From positions 352,001 to 416,000 of the forward strand of contig CAVUZH010000022.1 of NCBI GenBank assembly GCA_963745835.1: a stretch of 64,000 nt of DNA, given 5' to 3'. Source of the DNA: an uncultured delta proteobacterium (GTDB lineage Bacteria; Desulfobacterota; Binatia; UBA9968). Shown here one piece after another: positions 62,345-64,000 of this stretch (its first letter is position 1; every line of letters starts with the position of its first letter). The notes beneath the pieces were generated by a model. The model made no database searches. It was not told the origin of the DNA and saw only the letters and a program-made list of their open reading frames with translations. The position numbers and the translations under genes were made by a program.

Positions 62345-63123
62345 TAGGGCTCCTCTATCTCGCCGGGCCAGTGACGGCCGCCAGCAGTGATTGCCGCGCA
62401 CCGGCAGACGTACACTTCGGCTTCAGGATTGGCTTCGATGGTGAATCCAGCGCTGCGCAGCATCGCCTCGCTGCAGGCGCGATTGGGCACCCACCAGTTG
62501 GTCGGATCGCCGGAGTATTTTTTTTCGATGAAGCACAAGCGCGGAAACCCGGGCTTCTCGAAAATATCCTCGTTCCAGAATTCGTAATCGTCCTCCAGAG
62601 ATGCGACTTCATTGCTGCCACGTTGCATCGATTGAAAGACGAATAAATCCTTGGCGACATGCCGGCGAATCAAATCCAGAGCCAGCAGCGGGTGGCGCAG
62701 ATGATAGAGAACGCCCATGAAGAGCACGATATCGAACTTTTCCGCCAGCGCGCCGACATCGTAGACCGAAAGTTTGCGGAGCTCGATGTCAACGCCGCAG
62801 ATCTCCGCGGCCAGGCGCGCCTGAAGCAAATAGTCATTGTCCGAATCGATGCCGACCACCCGCGCCGCGCCACGGCGTTTCATCTCGATGGAGTAAAAGC
62901 CGCCATTGCAACCGATGTCGAGAACCGTTTTGTCCGCGAGATTGTCCGGGATCGCGTGGGCAAAGCGTTGCCACTTCACCCGTGGGTAATCTCCAAGAAA
63001 ATGCTCGGGGGCGGTCTGCACGCCCGCCAGATCGAGGTTGTGAAACCAGGGGCCGAGCCGGCGCACTTGATTTTCGATCTCATCGCGGGTCATCTTCCGC
63101 CGAGGAACCGCAAGCCGATTCAC
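62344..63123 (-). CDS. Class I SAM methyltransferase, TIGR04290-like
   Basis: LGPWFHNL, HFLGDYP..KW, VLDIGCNGGFY, FMGVLYHLRHPLLALD and DPTNWWVPN. GTG 63123 overlaps the upstream stop. Confidence 0.87.
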   Translation of the reverse strand: MNRLAVPRRKMTRDEIENQVRRLGPWFHNLDLAGVQTAPEHFLGDYPRVKWQRFAHAIPDNLADKTVLDIGCNGGFYSIEMKRRGAARVVGIDSDNDYLLQARLAAEICGVDIELRKLSVYDVGALAEKFDIVLFMGVLYHLRHPLLALDLIRRHVAKDLFVFQSMQRGSNEVASLEDDYEFWNEDIFEKPGFPRLCFIEKKYSGDPTNWWVPNRACSEAMLRSAGFTIEANPEAEVYVCRCAAITAGGRHWPGEIEEP

Positions 63124-63875
63124 GCCTTGATCTCCTGAAGTTCTGAGCGCTGCTCGGAACCGCTGAGCAGCCGGATCGCTTCGCGATAGCCGTACAGAGT
63201 GCCCACATCGACATAAGCGCTGCCGGCGCGGACGCCCCACGCCTGACCGCCTTCGCCGAGATAGGCATTGACCAGAGTGCCTACGTACTCGTCGGCGCGC
63301 CCACGCCGGCACCACAACTCATGCAGCTTGATCATGACCGAACCGGGCATCTGGAAGGCGCCCCAGACCCAGTGCGATAACGGCTCACGCGATTTGACCC
63401 GGATCTGGCGCACGCAACCCACGTCGTCGGTCAGAACGGCATCGAATAATTCTGGACGGCTCACGGGAAAAAGCAGAAACGATAAAGCATCGCGCGGCAG
63501 TGAGCAGAAACCATCTTCTGGAAACCAGATGGTATCGGGCAGGCCGATCATCACCGGATCATCGGCGCCGATTAGCGGCAGCGCGCAGAACAGCGCGTCG
63601 CACAAACCTGACGTCTGGGGCTGCACAACATAACACAAACGCGCAGGCCCGAAGCTGGCGCCGTAGTATTCGAGAATGTCACATTTGCCGGGCGAGATAA
63701 TGAAGCAGATTCGGCTGGCGCCGGCCCGAACCATGCGTTCCATAATGTATTCGCTGACCGCCCGAGGCCGCTCGGTCTCGCCATCGAAGCGGCTCCCTAC
63801 CGGCAGCAGTTCTTTGGAAAACGCCAGCGGTTGAATTCGGCGGCCGGCACCGGCGGCCGGAATGATTCCCCACAT
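63120..63875 (-). CDS. Sugar-phosphate nucleotidyltransferase (RmlA-like)
   Basis: MWGIIPAAGAGRRIQPL.FSKELLPV, GLPDTIW and YVDVGT. Confidence 0.88.
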   Translation of the reverse strand: MWGIIPAAGAGRRIQPLAFSKELLPVGSRFDGETERPRAVSEYIMERMVRAGASRICFIISPGKCDILEYYGASFGPARLCYVVQPQTSGLCDALFCALPLIGADDPVMIGLPDTIWFPEDGFCSLPRDALSFLLFPVSRPELFDAVLTDDVGCVRQIRVKSREPLSHWVWGAFQMPGSVMIKLHELWCRRGRADEYVGTLVNAYLGEGGQAWGVRAGSAYVDVGTLYGYREAIRLLSGSEQRSELQEIKA

Positions 63876-63877
63876 TC

Positions 63878-64000
63878 TCAGGCTTCTCCCCGCAGGACAC
63901 GGCAATTTTCTGCGGCGCCCACAAGCGGCTCCGGCCCATGAGCCGCAACGCTATCGAGTATGGCTTCCAGTTGCCGCGCCCTTCTGGCGGCGCAATGCTC
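63878..64000 (-). CDS. 3' end of a further CgeB-family glycosyltransferase (partial)
   Basis: Minus-strand frame EHCAARRARQLEAIL...EA* matches the EHTASRRAAELE C-terminus of the other CgeB proteins. Confidence 0.7.
   Translation of the reverse strand, partial: EHCAARRARQLEAILDSVAAHGPEPLVGAAENCRVLRGEA

Overview
Bacterial chromosomal window with no rRNA, tRNA, CRISPR array or mobile element that I can support. The orphan NitT/TauT binding proteins, carotenoid genes and characteristic hypothetical families suggest a Deltaproteobacteria-like soil lineage such as Ca. Binatota (inference). 1-3.3 kb: end of an aryl-carotenoid cluster (Rieske oxygenase, CrtU-like desaturase, fused membrane lycopene cyclase). 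3.6-14 kb: orphan solute-binding proteins, a CoA-ligase/amidohydrolase/Kelch operon, and two tandem secreted mono-heme c proteins of about 700 aa with unknown function. 14.6-64 kb: a stress/dormancy-like island containing Hsp20, glgE-treS/mak-glgB, an orphan NtrC-family activator, a divergent RpoD paralog, sucAB directly upstream of a full alternative complex III-caa3 oxidase operon, BON, hemerythrin, bacterioferritin-like, GlsB and F420-LLM genes, and a CgeB/TIGR04290-type glycosylation cluster. The main signal the ORF track misses is regulatory. Seven canonical sigma54 -24/-12 promoters (plus one variant) sit just upstream of genes between 24.4 and 52.6 kb, including the activator itself and the extra sigma70. 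Several have a shared palindromic TGTCYC-N4-GRGACA-like upstream site. This suggests an autoregulated sigma54 -> alternative sigma70 cascade controlling a storage, respiration and envelope programme. Several apparent frameshifts, probably long-read errors, hide true gene ends, including two histone-H1-like basic tails.
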